Shown here: positions 61,901 to 64,000 of the stretch, one piece after another
How positions within the stretch are numbered: position 1 is the stretch's first letter
Layout of the letters: each line of letters starts with the position of its first letter
Source of the DNA: Vermamoeba vermiformis
Taxonomy: Eukaryota
DNA length: 64,000 nucleotides
Reading direction: 5' to 3'
NCBI GenBank assembly: GCA_045837725.1
Contig: JBEWZL010000163.1
Location: forward strand, 186,001-250,000
Notes under the pieces: generated by a model
Databases searched by the model: none
Told to the model about the DNA's origin: nothing
The model's input: the letters and a program-made list of their open reading frames with translations, nothing else
Made by a program: the position numbers and the translations under genes

Positions 61901-63529
61901 GATGAGCGTCATTTGATTCGTTTGGGTCACGGTCAAGAGATGTTGGAGACTGAAAAGGACTTTTCCAAATATGGACGTGTCAATTACATGCTGCAGCTGC
62001 GCTTGGACATGCTCAAAGAGGCTGCGCGCTTGGCCGTGGTGATGAAATTGCCCGAAGAAATGGCTTACACGTGCGAGACCAGCGAGAACTTCTTCCGATA
62101 TCACGTGGTGGCACGCTGGGAAGAATTCTTGTACAAGTGCTCACGTGATCGCTCAAAAGACGCCGTCAAAAAGAATTTCCCGTTCAGTGAATTCTTTGCC
62201 GATGTACAACCGCTGTTCAAAGAAGACACGTACGAAGAGGACATGGAGATGGCGGAGGGCTGCTTCAGACACATTGAACAGATCTTCGCACAACTGCGCG
62301 ACTGTCGTGCCTTTGAACTGCTCAAGCTGGGCGGTGATCGCAGCAATTATCTGCTCACCAAACAAGCGCGCATCATCGCCATGACTTGCACGCACGCCGC
62401 ACTCAAGCGCCAGGAACTGATCAAGCTGGGCTTCAAGTACGACAACATTTTGATGGAAGAAGCAGCGCAGGTGTTGGAGATTGAGAGCTTTGTGCCGCTG
62501 ATGCTGCAAGACCAAGATCCTGAAGCCCCGCCGCGTCTGAAGCGCATCGTGATGATTGGTGACCACAATCAACTGCCGCCAGTGGTCAAGAACATTGCCA
62601 TTCAGAAGTTCGGACATCTCGATCAGAGTCTGTTCACGCGCTTTGTTCGCTTGAACGTGCCCAACATCACACTCAATGCGCAGGGTCGTGCTCGTCCGTC
62701 CCTCGCTGAGCTCTATAACTGGCGCTACAATCAGCTCGGCAATTTGCCGCACGTGCTGCAGCGAGACGAGTTCCAGACAGCCAATGCAGGCTTTGCGTAC
62801 GACTATCAACTGATCAATGTCGAGGACTATCTCGGTCAAGGCGAGTCCGAGCCCAATCCGTACTTCTACCAGAACTTGGGCGAGGCTGAGTACCTCGTGG
62901 CAGTGTACATGTACATGCGCCTGTTGGGCATACCGAACGACAAGATCAGCATCATCACCTCGTACAACGGTCAGAAGCACTTGATTCGCGATGTCGTCAA
63001 GCAGCGCTGTGCTTGGAACCCGCTGTTTGGTGCTCCTGCGAAGATCACTACTGTGGACCGCTATCAAGGTCAACAGAATGACTGTAAGTGCTCGCTAGTC
63101 TCTTCATATACTATGTTACTAACACCCTCGCTCTTAGACATCCTCCTCTCACTCGTGCGCACCAAGACAGTGGGTCACATTCGCGATGTGCGTCGTCTCG
63201 TCGTAGCCATGTCCCGCGCGCGCTTAGGCCTCTACGTGTTCTGTCGCAAATCACTGTTCGCCAACTGCTACGAGCTGACCAACACCTTCAGCAAGTTGTT
63301 GCAGCGTCCTGACAAGTTGATGCTAGTCAAGGACGAGCGCTATCCCACCACTCGCCGCGTCGATGAGCAGTTGAGTGACGACAAGGTGTTCACTGTGGAG
63401 GATGTCGTGCACATGGGTCAGATTGTAGCGCCGCCTGAACAACCTGCTGCCACTGAGAACGGTGAGGGCGCGCAGAGTGAAGCGACCACTGACGCTGCGA
63501 TGAGTGAAGGTGATCAGAACAATGCTTAG
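58904..63529 (+). CDS. AQR: RNA helicase Aquarius (IBP160)
   Basis: Motifs [66 protein letters not shown] and QNLGEAEY. Confidence 0.97.
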
Positions 63530-63692
63530 GGTGAATAACGAACACTCAAACTCGAAAATAAAACCAATTTTGTAATGTAATAAGGACTTTCAGTTCTATT
63601 CGTGACGTGCCAAATTTCTTACGCGAGCTATTTTTTGTCGTTGTTACTTACACTTAACAACTACGCTTGTATTATAATATATATTGTTCATA

Positions 63693-64000
63693 ATGAGTTT
63701 CAATTTCTCTACACCTACGCGGTATCAACCTGGCGCAACGAATAGTTTCGCGCCATCCACACCAGCACCCACAGCAGCACAAGCACAACCTAATGTACAG
63801 AATGCCATCAAAGGCACTACACCATTCTCACAATTAGACCCTGTATTGCGACAGAGGATTGAATTTTTACAGTATCCAAAACAAAAAATATTTTTAAAAT
63901 TGGCGCCAATCGCTAAACTCACTATTATTTCGCTTTTATGTTTATATATCGAATATTGCATCTATTATTATTCCTTAATAATTTGTAGTAAATACATGCA
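63693..64000 (+). CDS. 5' part of a probable Nup58/Nup49-like nucleoporin; continues beyond window
   Basis: MSFNFSTP...PAPTAAQAQ...TPFSQLDPVLRQRIEFLH|KYM, followed by an AT-rich first intron as in other genes here. The family call is tentative. Confidence 0.5.
   Translation, partial: MSFNFSTPTRYQPGATNSFAPSTPAPTAAQAQPNVQNAIKGTTPFSQLDPVLRQRIEFLQYPKQKIFLKLAPIAKLTIISLLCLYIEYCIYYYSLIICSKYM

Noticed and set aside
60722-63073. Long antisense ORFs opposite AQR (460 and 306 aa) and similar ones opposite XAB2, AP3M, USP36 and RsfS (52114-53565)
   Set aside because: These are shadow ORFs caused by strong codon bias on the true coding strand; no domain signal.
63725-63961. 78-aa minus-strand ORF at the window end
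   Set aside because: The plus strand gives a better gene start, with ATG 63693, a plausible protein and a spliceable intron.

Overview
Gene-dense, intron-rich nuclear DNA from a unicellular eukaryote. It looks amoebozoan-like, but that is inference and I cannot name the species. It uses the standard genetic code and mostly GT-AG introns. About 32 protein genes (two partial at the window edges) are tightly packed, many as head-to-head pairs only 70-250 bp apart. They include eIF3d, CCT, a TBC RabGAP, Cabin1/Hir3, an ATF6-like membrane bZIP, GGPPS, AP-3 mu, GNL1, RBM39, USP36, ARPC3, POP5, RPL22, FKBP15, NEPRO/RMP1, RsfS, an orthologue of the 6mA-methyltransferase subunit p1, and the IBC partners XAB2 and AQR. 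The strongest unexplained signal is a family of short palindromic motifs (TGACACGTGTCA, TGACACCTGTCA, GTCACGTGAC, plus CTAAAAATAG and CArG boxes). These are highly iterated through GC-rich gene bodies, sit at intron branch points and visibly shape protein sequence. They appear absent from the AT-rich 5' ends of genes. Also present: three candidate U12-type introns, one GC-AG intron, and a ~2.3 kb foreign-looking island with a piggyBac-like MITE carrying three tRNA T-arm/B-box motifs. Gene models were read by eye, so exon boundaries and family calls need RNA-seq and HMM confirmation.
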